64,000 bases of DNA, from NCBI GenBank assembly GCA_965208325.1, contig OZ242326.1, positions 1,664,001 to 1,728,000 of the forward strand, given 5' to 3'. Numbering within the stretch: the stretch's first letter is position 1; the number at the start of each line of letters is the position of its first letter. Below, one piece after another: positions 28,848-37,607 of this stretch. Origin of the DNA: Candidatus Poribacteria bacterium (GTDB lineage Bacteria; Poribacteria; WGA-4E; PCPOR2b). The notes beneath the pieces were generated by a model. It made no database searches. It worked only from the letters and a program-made list of their open reading frames with translations, and had not been told where the DNA came from. Position numbers and translations under genes: made by a program.

Positions 28848-30044
28848 TTAATCCGCAGCAGTTGCTAATTCCGGGGCGGCCGCATCCGTCTCGCAGAAGG
28901 CAACGTAATCCGAAATGAGCTCGGTAATTTCCGGATTCTCGCTGCAAATCGGGCAGTTCTTGTCCCGATTGACCTTCAATTCCCGGAATTGCATGCTGAG
29001 CGCATCATAAAGCAGTAAACGGCCGATGAGTGGGTCGCCTGTTCCGAGCAGCAGTTTAATAGCTTCGGTCGCCATCACGACGCCAACGACGCCTGGGAGC
29101 ACGCCCAGGACACCTGCTTCACTTCAGCTTGGAACCATGCCGGGCGGCGGTGGTGCCGGAAACATGCAGCGATAGCAAGGCCCATCATGCGGCTTCAGGA
29201 CGGTCGCCTGTCCTTCAAATTGGAAGATACTCCCGTGTACAACGGTTTTATCCGCCAAAACCGCCGCATCATTAACAAGATAGCGTGTTGCAAAATTGTC
29301 GCACCCGTCGACAATCAAATCATAGTCTTGAATAATCTCCATGACGTTGTCTGATTCGAGGCGGACGTGGTACGGAACCACTTCAGTGTCAGGGTTCAAG
29401 GCTTTGATTGTTGTCGTGGCGGATTGTACTTTTGGAGTGCCAACCGCTTCTGATCGGTGGAGAATCTGGCGTTGGAGGTTACTCAGTTCTACCGCATCGG
29501 AATCGACGATGCCAAGTGTGCCAACACCGGCAGCCGCGAGGTAAATTCCAGCCGGCGATCCCAATCCGCCTGCGCCTATAAATACGACTTTTGAATCAAA
29601 CAGCTTAGCTTGCCCTTTCTCCCCGATTTCGCGCAGCATAAAGTGGCGGCTGTAGCGGTCTAACTGGTCTGAGGTCATGGATTTTTCTTTGACCGTCGGA
29701 TATCCGCTGCTCGTCCAAGCCCGATATCCGCCAGCCATGGAGACGGCGTCCGTGTACCCCATGTCTTTGAGGGATTTTGCGGCAAGTAATGACCTAACTC
29801 CGCCTGCGCAATAGACGACAATCTTTTCGTCCCGATCGGGTACATAGTCCTCAATATCAAGCTCAAGCATCCCACGGCTCACATACAGCGCATCGGGGAT
29901 ATAGCCCGATCGATACTCGTCGTTATCGCGGACATCAAGCAAGACAAAGGAATCGCGATTATCTGTCTTCGCCTTGACCTCATCAACGCTGACTTCTGGA
30001 ATTTCCTGCCTTGTTTCTTCGATGATTTCCCTGTACGATTTCAT
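28848..30044 (-). CDS. moeB: Rhodanese-MoeB/ThiF adenylyltransferase, probable selenoprotein (in-frame TGA 29124-29126)
   Basis: Rhodanese (YCAGGVRS), RYSRH, GAGGLG, SNLQRQ, PCYRC, then PPPGMVPS-TGA-SEAGVLGVLPG in frame through to CPIC. The two ORF-track pieces join into 398 aa. Confidence 0.88.
29092..29109 (-). other. Candidate bacterial SECIS hairpin
   Basis: mRNA CCUGGG-CGUGCU-CCCAGG, with the apical loop starting 20 nt after the UGA. Confidence 0.6.
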
Positions 30045-30198
30045 ATTCGCTACCTAAAGAGACTCCGTGAATTGGATGCGTTACACGCATTTCATATGAG
30101 GCTGCGGGGATTGCTAGTTATGACTGTTAAAAACTCCGTTACATCGTCTAACCGAATCTAAACACGCCGCGCGAATTGTCGGCAAGCTAAGGAAATTT

Positions 30199-30227
30199 AT
30201 TATAATACATGCCGCCTTGTGAGTCAA
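30199..30227 (-). promoter_or_regulatory. Sigma70-type promoter for moeB
   Basis: TTGACT-N17-TATAAT on the minus strand. Confidence 0.65.
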
Positions 30228-30277
30228 ATTTTTTCTACGTATATTCGACCTGATTTAGCGCAACCCCTACTTTGACA

Positions 30278-31543
30278 CTACTGTGGTTCTGCGCCCTTCA
30301 AATCCAGGCATACCAGCTCCTCATTATTCCGCAGGTACAGTTTGCCGCCAGACACGCTCGGTGCTGTCCAGCATCGTCCATCGAAGATTTGTGTTTGGGC
30401 AACTTCAATATATTCGGTATGGGACGCTTTCACCAATGCGAGGTTTCCACTTTCGCCTAGGACAATAAGATGGCCGTCGGCATAAATAAGCGAGCCTTTG
30501 CGGAAACCGCGTTTCCTCCACTGTTCTTCGCCGGTATTCGCCTCAATACACTTTAACGTCCCGTCGTCGAAGCCGTACAGATAGCCTTCGTGGAGAATTG
30601 ATGACGCAAAGTGATTTTTCATTACGCGGCTGCGCCACATCTCGGAAACTGAAAACTTGCCGTCATTTTCCTCGATTTGGACCAAGGCAGCGCCCGTGTC
30701 GTACCCGGATGATATGAACACTTTGTCGGGCGGGATAAAAACGGGCGTCGCGGCGTTGACATCGTAAGAGGTTCGCCACGCATATCTCCAATACACTTCT
30801 CCATCCCGCGGTGATACGGAGACAAGCCCCTCAGCAGTAAAGAATATAGCCTGCCGCACGTTGTGGATGGTGACTGTGATTGGCGAGGAATAGGCCGGCG
30901 GGTCATCTTGGGTGTTCCATACGATGTCGCCGTTTTCCTTGTTGAATGCAATAATCGCTCTATTCCCTTTGCCGCCAGCCTCCATGAGCAATAGATTACC
31001 CTCTACGACGGGAGATGCGGAAAACCCGTGCTGGGGTATGGGGCTTTCAAACGCCTTCGTAAAATCGTAATCCCACAGTTCATTTCCTGTAAGTGCGTTT
31101 ATTGCGACCAACCTGCCGTAAGCGCTAAAGACGTAGACCATATCGCCGTCAACAGTCGGCGTGGAGCGGGGGCCGTCACCGCCCTGACGGTTTTTGAAGC
31201 GGTAGTCGTCGAGATACCGCCATTTTTCCTCACCCGTCTTCGCATCGAAACACACGACGACTTCGTCCTCACCCTCGGCGTACATCGTATAGGCGCGTCC
31301 GCCGGAAATTGAGACGCTAGAATATCCGTCTCCAAGCGATGTTCGCCAGACCTCTTTTGGGCCTCCCTCCGGCCAATTCGTGAGGAGACCCGTTTCATGG
31401 GAAACGCCGTCTCGGTTCGGCCCGCGCCATTGATGCCATTCCATCTCCGACGATTGGCTGGATTCGCCATATGTTGTCGCGATGCACACCCACAGGCACG
31501 AAACTAGTATGAAAAAACCGATGTGTAGATATTTGAATTTCAT
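30278..31543 (-). CDS. PQQ-like beta-propeller repeat protein (BamB-like)
   Basis: W.QWRGPNRDG, GYSS, GPRSTP.VDG, SASP, AYSSP, WTAP...GKLYLRN. Confidence 0.88.
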   Translation of the reverse strand: MKFKYLHIGFFILVSCLWVCIATTYGESSQSSEMEWHQWRGPNRDGVSHETGLLTNWPEGGPKEVWRTSLGDGYSSVSISGGRAYTMYAEGEDEVVVCFDAKTGEEKWRYLDDYRFKNRQGGDGPRSTPTVDGDMVYVFSAYGRLVAINALTGNELWDYDFTKAFESPIPQHGFSASPVVEGNLLLMEAGGKGNRAIIAFNKENGDIVWNTQDDPPAYSSPITVTIHNVRQAIFFTAEGLVSVSPRDGEVYWRYAWRTSYDVNAATPVFIPPDKVFISSGYDTGAALVQIEENDGKFSVSEMWRSRVMKNHFASSILHEGYLYGFDDGTLKCIEANTGEEQWRKRGFRKGSLIYADGHLIVLGESGNLALVKASHTEYIEVAQTQIFDGRCWTAPSVSGGKLYLRNNEELVCLDLKGAEPQ

Positions 31544-31767
31544 CGTCCTCTTTCCCTTTTTTGGAGGTTAATACAACGCTAGATAAGAATTGAAGATCTT
31601 TGATACATAGACCTTTTGAACCCAAATTATCGGGACATGGATGTCCCTCCCACATTGTCCGGTTTGTCTCAATTATAGCCTCAACTCTTGTCCATCAAGG
31701 AGGGGTGTCAACCCCCCTAGCCCCCCTTATCAGGCGGGATCTATCTCACTGCCCATGTTTTTATCGG

Positions 31768-34209
31768 TTAATGATTCGGCTTGCCCGGCGTCATGGATAA
31801 CGGTTTAAAGTCGCCAATTCCATCGGGAAACCTGCCGAGCGCAACATCCTTGTCCTGTGCGACGTATTCTACCGAAGATAGTATTTGATTTCGCCGGGCA
31901 TCGGTATCAATAAGCATAACGATTTCCCCACGCCGTGAAAGCTTGAAATTCGCGTGAAACCCTGGACGGTCCTTGATGTCTTCATCAGCCCAAACAATCA
32001 TGTAGCCGTGAGGCGCTAGGACTGTGTTATCAGGAAATGCCCATTTTCTCGGATTGTTTGGGTTGTCACTCAAGTACATATTCGAAAGATCTACCTCATG
32101 ACTGCTGAGGTTGTGCAATTCAATCCAGTCGTCGTGCTCCCCTTGCGGGTCGGCGATACTCTCCGTGTTGTTCGGCATCAGTTCGTTAATAACGATCAGC
32201 GTGCTTTCGGCAAGAGGTGCGCGCACGCGGTAGGACAACGCACCCATTTCCGCGTTTGCAGGCGAAAACACGGTCGTCCCGTTCGCTTCAAGCGTGCGCG
32301 CTTCAACATAATAACGCACCTCTGCCCCCGATCGCACGGCGGGGATTTCACCCGCGTAGCCGCTGCCGTTTCGAGACATCCGGACACTCTCAAACGGCGC
32401 CAATCGACTCACGGCGTAGTACAGCATGACAGCGTCAATCTTGGAATCGGCGCCAATCTCCGCTGATATTAGCACAGGTTCAGTTGCCAGCGGCTTTTCC
32501 GGCTGAGAAACGAATTGGATTGATGCCGTCCGCCCGTTGATTTCGGGATGATTGAGCAGGAACTCCCGACGCTCGTCTACAAACTGTTTGAAACTTGGCG
32601 CCGCTCGTGGTCCTCTGCCGCTGCTCTGATTTCCAATGAGGCTATCTGCAAACGCCTCGTAAGCATAGAGCTTCTTGTCGTCCACCTTAACTTCGGCATC
32701 AATGAGCGAGCGGTATTCTTCAATGATTGGCGCCAGCACCTCCCAATCCAGCCATTCGCCCGCAATGGTGCGGATATGCGCCAAATAACGCGCGCGCAGG
32801 TGCGGAATGGAGAACAAGCGGCTAATCACCGGCCGCATCGCATCGGACTCCTGTGCGACAGGAGACAGCATCGGACCATCGTAATCCCAAGAGTTGGGCC
32901 CGCCGCCGCCGGCATAACGAAACGTCTCGTTATTGTCTTGCGGCAGAAAGTGAAAGCGCCCCAACGGGTCTTGGTAGATTGCGTAATCGCTCGCGCGGCT
33001 GAAATAGCCGTCATTGTCAATGAACACATTTTCCAGCGCAAGATTCCACAGCGCGCGGTCAATGTTGAACACCCGTGAAAGCTCAACTGCAAGTTGCTCA
33101 TCGGGGGTTTTGTCCAGAATTTTGCACAGCGCAATTAAATCTACCCACGCATTCGGCGCGTCATTTGTTTTTAGTTGATAAGCTCGCTTATACGAGTCAG
33201 GGTTTTCGCCATTATAGACAAGACCGCCCTCGCGGCTCGGCGGCACTTTCCAACGAACCCCAATTCTCGTTCCGAACCACTCGTTGAGGAAGTCTTTGTT
33301 GAACTGCTGGGCGTTTATGTAGATCCCCCAGCTTTCCCCGTTAATCATTAGTTTAACAAAGTTCGCCTTTGATGCGGGAATATAATTTTGCGCTATCCGT
33401 GAATAAAGCACCTCACGGAGAAATGAGGGATCGGCATGGCCATTGAGTAGATTGAGAGTCTTGTAACCGTAGAGACGCTTGCCGTCGTCGCCGTAGTCAA
33501 CGGCGATGTGGAACGACTTTTTCTCGGAGTCTCGTATCGTGAAATAGGACGAACTGCCGCGAAAACGCACCCCGACTGACGGATAGAGTTTACCATCAAC
33601 GATTAAATCTGCAGGCAGATTAACATCCGTCCGATAAAAATCGCCGAGCTGTTCATACCAATCTTCGTCGTGAAATCGCAGGCATACGGTGCGCAGTGTT
33701 TTGGCGTCATATAGATGGGGTTCGCCTTTCGGTGCGGCGGCGCGGCTCATCTGTAAATCCGTGTCGAGTGTTGTATTCGGCGAGGATCGGCCTGAGGGAC
33801 GAGCGCTGCCGCTTTCACCTCTACTATCGCGGATGTAGCGTTGTGCCGCTTTTCGTTCTTCGCCGTTTAATTTTCCGTCTTTATCCTCGTCAAAACGGTC
33901 GACAATCATCTCAGCTCGCCTCGGACCCATTCGGCCGCCGAATCCACCACGACGTCCAAAGCCGCGTTCACGGCGCATCTGTCTGAGATCTTCAGCGTTT
34001 AAGTCACGACCCGTGAATACCTCGAACGTAGTTGCCTGAAACATTAAATCTCGTTCGGCTTCGCTCAATTTACCGTCGCCATCTGCGTCAAATAGTGCCA
34101 AATCCGATTCAGAGACTTTAGGTTCGTCCGCGTGTATATTTAGGGCAAAGTGGAGTCCCCCTAACAGCATGATCGCGAGTATCAGTGGGTTAATAGTTTT
34201 ACGTTTCAT
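31768..34209 (-). CDS. CotH kinase-family protein with EF-hand-like motifs and C-terminal lamin-tail domain
   Basis: DADGDGKLS and DEDKDGKLN, VGVRFRG.SS, KKS, LNLLN...DPSFLRE, INELM..N...D..GE.DDWIELHN. Start set at MKRKTINP. Confidence 0.88.
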   Translation of the reverse strand: MKRKTINPLILAIMLLGGLHFALNIHADEPKVSESDLALFDADGDGKLSEAERDLMFQATTFEVFTGRDLNAEDLRQMRRERGFGRRGGFGGRMGPRRAEMIVDRFDEDKDGKLNGEERKAAQRYIRDSRGESGSARPSGRSSPNTTLDTDLQMSRAAAPKGEPHLYDAKTLRTVCLRFHDEDWYEQLGDFYRTDVNLPADLIVDGKLYPSVGVRFRGSSSYFTIRDSEKKSFHIAVDYGDDGKRLYGYKTLNLLNGHADPSFLREVLYSRIAQNYIPASKANFVKLMINGESWGIYINAQQFNKDFLNEWFGTRIGVRWKVPPSREGGLVYNGENPDSYKRAYQLKTNDAPNAWVDLIALCKILDKTPDEQLAVELSRVFNIDRALWNLALENVFIDNDGYFSRASDYAIYQDPLGRFHFLPQDNNETFRYAGGGGPNSWDYDGPMLSPVAQESDAMRPVISRLFSIPHLRARYLAHIRTIAGEWLDWEVLAPIIEEYRSLIDAEVKVDDKKLYAYEAFADSLIGNQSSGRGPRAAPSFKQFVDERREFLLNHPEINGRTASIQFVSQPEKPLATEPVLISAEIGADSKIDAVMLYYAVSRLAPFESVRMSRNGSGYAGEIPAVRSGAEVRYYVEARTLEANGTTVFSPANAEMGALSYRVRAPLAESTLIVINELMPNNTESIADPQGEHDDWIELHNLSSHEVDLSNMYLSDNPNNPRKWAFPDNTVLAPHGYMIVWADEDIKDRPGFHANFKLSRRGEIVMLIDTDARRNQILSSVEYVAQDKDVALGRFPDGIGDFKPLSMTPGKPNH

Positions 34210-34321
34210 ATTTTCGTCCGGAGTTCCGAGTGATTCGACATTTTTGTTCCGTCGACAATAGTAACCAATGATGCCAATTTCACAAGGGCGCGTTGAAATT
34301 CTTGCGGTCTTGTCCATAATC

Positions 34322-34371
34322 GTAGGGGCGGGGTTTCCCCGCCCGCAAAGGTTTGGACAACCCAACCCTTA
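34322..34371. repeat. GTAG-type REP (different subfamily)
   Basis: GTAGGGGCGGGGTTTCCCCGCCC hairpin followed by a degenerate partner ending CCCTTAC. Confidence 0.65.
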
Positions 34372-34765
34372 CGGACCGTCATGTGTCTGCGCACTGCCCT
34401 GATTGCATAGTTGCGAGGAAATGTCCTCCTGTGGGAGCGTCCTACCGGACGCGATAATCCACACAAGATTAATATAGCCTAAGTGAGACATGATATGCAA
34501 TCCAAATCTCACTTAGACTTAATGAAGACACCGGTTAAATCAATTCATTTAGACAAACGGAGAACATAAATTGTTCGCATTTTCCGCGTCTCGCGAAAAA
34601 ACAACCAGGTTTTCCACGGCCCACTGCCGCCACAACGGTTAATTGCTTGCCTCAAGAAATATATTTTCGCAAAACTTCGATGGCCTTACCAAAAGGTTTT
34701 TCCGGGAAAAGGATAGCCAGCTTCCGCGTATAATCCAACATGGATAAACACGGAGACAAAGTCCA

Positions 34766-34812
34766 GAGTTTAAGAGTTTACAAAAGTTTACAAAAATTAA
34801 CAAAGTTTACAT
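34766..34812. repeat. Short tandem repeat of about 10 nt (AAAGTTTACA), echoed at 35280-35306
   Basis: agagtttaag agtttacaaa agtttacaaa aattaacaa agtttacata. Confidence 0.6.
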
Positions 34813-34862
34813 ATTTTTTCTAGCCCACACAATTCTTACTTCCACCGCCGTCATGCGTAAAC

Positions 34863-34962
34863 GTCTGAATCGCGGATTGCCGCGGATTATGCGGATGACA
34901 CAGATTGAAAAAACTCCTTCACGGTTCGGTTCGTTTTGAATAATCGATTACCGTGTTCTCCA
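34863..34962 (+). repeat. Family B repeat (GTCTGAATCGCGGATT...), ~100-bp copy 1
   Basis: Aligns nearly gap-free with 36828-36926. Partial copies at 35350, 36759, 37223, 37421, 37557 and 39506. Confidence 0.8.
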
Positions 34963-34971
34963 TAAGTTCTT

Positions 34972-35233
34972 GTAGGTTGGGTTAAGCGGGATTTAAGGAT
35001 AAAGGCATGTACGCCGCGAGCGTGCCTAGGTTGGATTGCGCTAAAAATTGTGTTACACGCAGCGAACCCAACGCTTTTCGGTATTGCACATGAGTCTCGT
35101 TTAACGGCGCCGGTTGAGACATAGGACTAGCGGTGGTTTACGCTACATCTCAACTAGTTTGGGCGGAAATCCTTTCCCGAAACCGATGAGTTTGTAGTAG
35201 CATATTTCAGGAAACCAGCTCTACCCAACCCAA
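34972..35233. repeat. Inverted pair of long-core GTAG REP units
   Basis: GTAGGTTGGGTTAAGCG-N72-AGCGAACCCAACGC (34972-35074) and GCGGTGGTTTACGCT-N72-AGCTCTACCCAACC (35130-35233). Confidence 0.8.
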
Positions 35234-35499
35234 AAAAAACTGTTACAGATTAGCACCGAGACGATACTCAGATACCAAATTTGACAAAAGTTTACAAAAT
35301 TTGACAGATTGGAATTTAATCCTACACAATTATTCTGTCCATCGCCATTGTCTGAATCGCGGATTGCCACGGATCAAAAACATCGGCGCTATCCGATTCA
35401 TCTGTTGAATCCTTATGGCTATGTACCTGTAGTGTGGTGATTTATCGCCGGAGTGATGGTCCGCCTTGTCAAATGGCAACAGAACTTAGCAACTGAAGG

Positions 35500-36702
35500 T
35501 TATGGTAATATAGTCTGATGGAATTGTATCTTTCCATCTTTAACGGTATTGATGACTAGACTTTTGATCGCGCGCCGATTTTCATCAAAATGCGATAGTA
35601 TTGCCGCACCGTTGTAGTTCCGAGTCGCCTCAATTTCGTCACGTATCGCTGCGGGGGTGAGGTCAGCCAATCGACGCATGGCTTCAATGACAATAGAGGT
35701 AGAGTCATAGCCGAGTGCAGCGGGACCGTCGGGGGCGATACCAAATCGTGCAGTATAGGCGCCAACAAATTGACGCGCCGCTTCACTTAACTCCCCCGGC
35801 GGGGCATCGGCGGAAAAATGATTTGCAAAGAAACTCCCTTCAATGGCGGGACCGGCGATTTCAATTAAGTCCGGTCGATCCCAACCATCGCCGCCCAGAA
35901 AGGTCGCCGCAATACCAATTTCAGTGTTCTTCGCCTGTTTAACTGCCAGCGGGAATTCCGCACCCAAACCACCCAGAAACACAACATCAACAGCAGGTTC
36001 CACCGCGGCAATTGGTATCAACTGCGCCGTAAAATCTGTCGTACCTGCCTCGTACGGTTCATGAGCTGCAATTGTGCCACCGAGCGCGGTAAACTGTTCA
36101 ATGAAAGCGTCCGACAAGCCCTCCGAGTAGCTGTTACCTGTTTCTGTGAGGACTGCGGCAGTCGTTGCCGCCAACCCCTGCACAGCAAAATTCGCTATCA
36201 TACTCGCCTGATACGGATCTGTATAAGCACCCATAAAAGAAAAATTCCCATTTCTAGTAACCTGTGGGTTTGTCGGATAGGTTGTCACCATCGGTATTCC
36301 GCGTTGTTGGACAACCAGTCCGACTTCCAAAGCCACGGTGCTGTAGTCCGGTCCCACGATTGCCAATACACCCGCATCAATGAGTTCCTTTGCGAATTCG
36401 ACACTAAGTGAGGGATCTCTTTGATCTTCCCTAATGAGCAGTTCTATCGGTTGTCCGTTAATCCCTCCCGCCTCGTTTGCAAGGAGGACAGCTACCTCGG
36501 CACCGCTCCGAGTCGTTCCGGGGTCGGGTGGACTATAAAGAAAACCGATCTTGATTGGAGCCGCACCGTCAGGTGCGTCAGGCACGACGAGGTGTTGAAT
36601 AAAGTCGCACCCTAAAAAGCAAAGGGGCAATAAGAAAAATAACGCCAAAATGCCGTAAACCGAGAAACATCTGGGTATTGTTCTATGCTGGTTAAATATC
36701 AT
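35500..36702 (-). CDS. LivJ/K-type (periplasmic binding protein 6) ABC substrate-binding protein, probable lipoprotein
   Basis: FLGC lipobox-like, N.AGGING..IEL, YS.GL...F, DFTAQL, GGDGW, ALGYD. Confidence 0.88.
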   Translation of the reverse strand: MIFNQHRTIPRCFSVYGILALFFLLPLCFLGCDFIQHLVVPDAPDGAAPIKIGFLYSPPDPGTTRSGAEVAVLLANEAGGINGQPIELLIREDQRDPSLSVEFAKELIDAGVLAIVGPDYSTVALEVGLVVQQRGIPMVTTYPTNPQVTRNGNFSFMGAYTDPYQASMIANFAVQGLAATTAAVLTETGNSYSEGLSDAFIEQFTALGGTIAAHEPYEAGTTDFTAQLIPIAAVEPAVDVVFLGGLGAEFPLAVKQAKNTEIGIAATFLGGDGWDRPDLIEIAGPAIEGSFFANHFSADAPPGELSEAARQFVGAYTARFGIAPDGPAALGYDSTSIVIEAMRRLADLTPAAIRDEIEATRNYNGAAILSHFDENRRAIKSLVINTVKDGKIQFHQTILP

Positions 36703-36827
36703 GAAGATTCTCCTTGTTGTTCGAGGTAATATAATGGTGATGCCTTATCCCTATGCTTGTCTGAATCAGGATTTACTGGATTAAAGGATTTTCGGGATTT
36801 TGGGGACGCATCCTCTCTTTTCTCACT

Positions 36828-36926
36828 GTCTGAATCGCGGATTGCCACGGATTTAAGGATGACACGAGTTGAAAAAACTCCATCACGATAAGGTTGGTTT
36901 CGTAAAATCGGCTATCGCGTTCTCCA
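36828..36926 (+). repeat. Family B repeat, ~100-bp copy 2
   Basis: GTCTGAATCGCGGATTGCCACGGATT...GAAAAAACTCC...GTTCTCCA, matching 34863-34962. Confidence 0.8.
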
Positions 36927-36972
36927 CGTGGTAATTTCTCTTATTGATTGTCAACGAGGCACGTTAGCTTTT

Positions 36973-37193
36973 GTAGGTTGGGTAGAGCCAAAGGCGAAAT
37001 CCAACGTTTCTAGAGCGTTACTAACTCATCGACAGATCCGAACGGCAAACACACAATATTAGGCGCATCGCTATAGCATAGACAAGTAAAGCGTTGGGTT
37101 TCGCTTCATGGTAACAAATGTGAAACAAACTCACCTTCCGAACGTCTTGCTCTTGATGTCGCTTGTTTCTCAACCCCGCTCTACCCAACCTAC
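36973..37193. repeat. REP doublet: short-loop unit plus inverted long-core unit
   Basis: GTAGGTTGGGTAGAGC-CAAAG-GCGAAATCCAACG (36973-37006) and GCGTTGGGTTTCGCT-N71-CGCTCTACCCAACCTAC (37091-37193). Confidence 0.82.
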
Positions 37194-37274
37194 AAAACTA
37201 CTCGGTGATTTGGGTTCGTTTTGGCTTCGTTTCGTAGAACTCGGTTACCACGTTCTCCATTAGTAAGGTGTACG

Positions 37275-37388
37275 TCAAAGATTCCGTTTTACCTCGCCCC
37301 AACGCTTTAGCCTTCCCGTATTCAGTTTTTCCGTCGAGAGGTGTTTGATTAACTCAATTGCTTGCTGTTGTATGTCTGCTTTTCGCAC
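37275..37388 (-). pseudogene. 37-aa ORF resembling an internally deleted type II antitoxin
   Basis: AAGGAG RBS + GTG, MRKADIQQQAIELIKHLSTEKL|NTGRLKRWGEVKRNL: antitoxin-like N-terminal helix joined directly to a 'G....W.EVK..L' tail. Confidence 0.45.
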
Positions 37389-37420
37389 GGCATTCTCCTT
37401 TCGTTCTGTTTGCTGTGCAT

Positions 37421-37607
37421 TGTCTGAATCGCTGTATGCCACGGATTCAAAAATTCGCACTATCCAATCAAGCGACTGAATAAGGAGTGCGGTAAAAATC
37501 CCTTAATCCGTGATTCAAACAATTGCTGCCGCATTCAAATCCCCCTTGTCGCGTTATCTGAATAGCGGATTACCGTAGATTAAGGGATTACTCGGATTCA
37601 AAAAAAC
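37421..37607. repeat. Family B repeats (inverted pair 37421-37521 and direct copy 37557-37607)
   Basis: TGTCTGAATCGC...AATCCGTGATTCAAACA, then TCTGAATAGCGGATT...GATTCAAAAAAAC abutting the ATPase stop codon. Confidence 0.72.

Noticed and set aside
28848..29102. Separate 84-aa gene or moeB pseudogene
   Set aside because: It is the in-frame continuation of moeB past a TGA at a conserved Cys.
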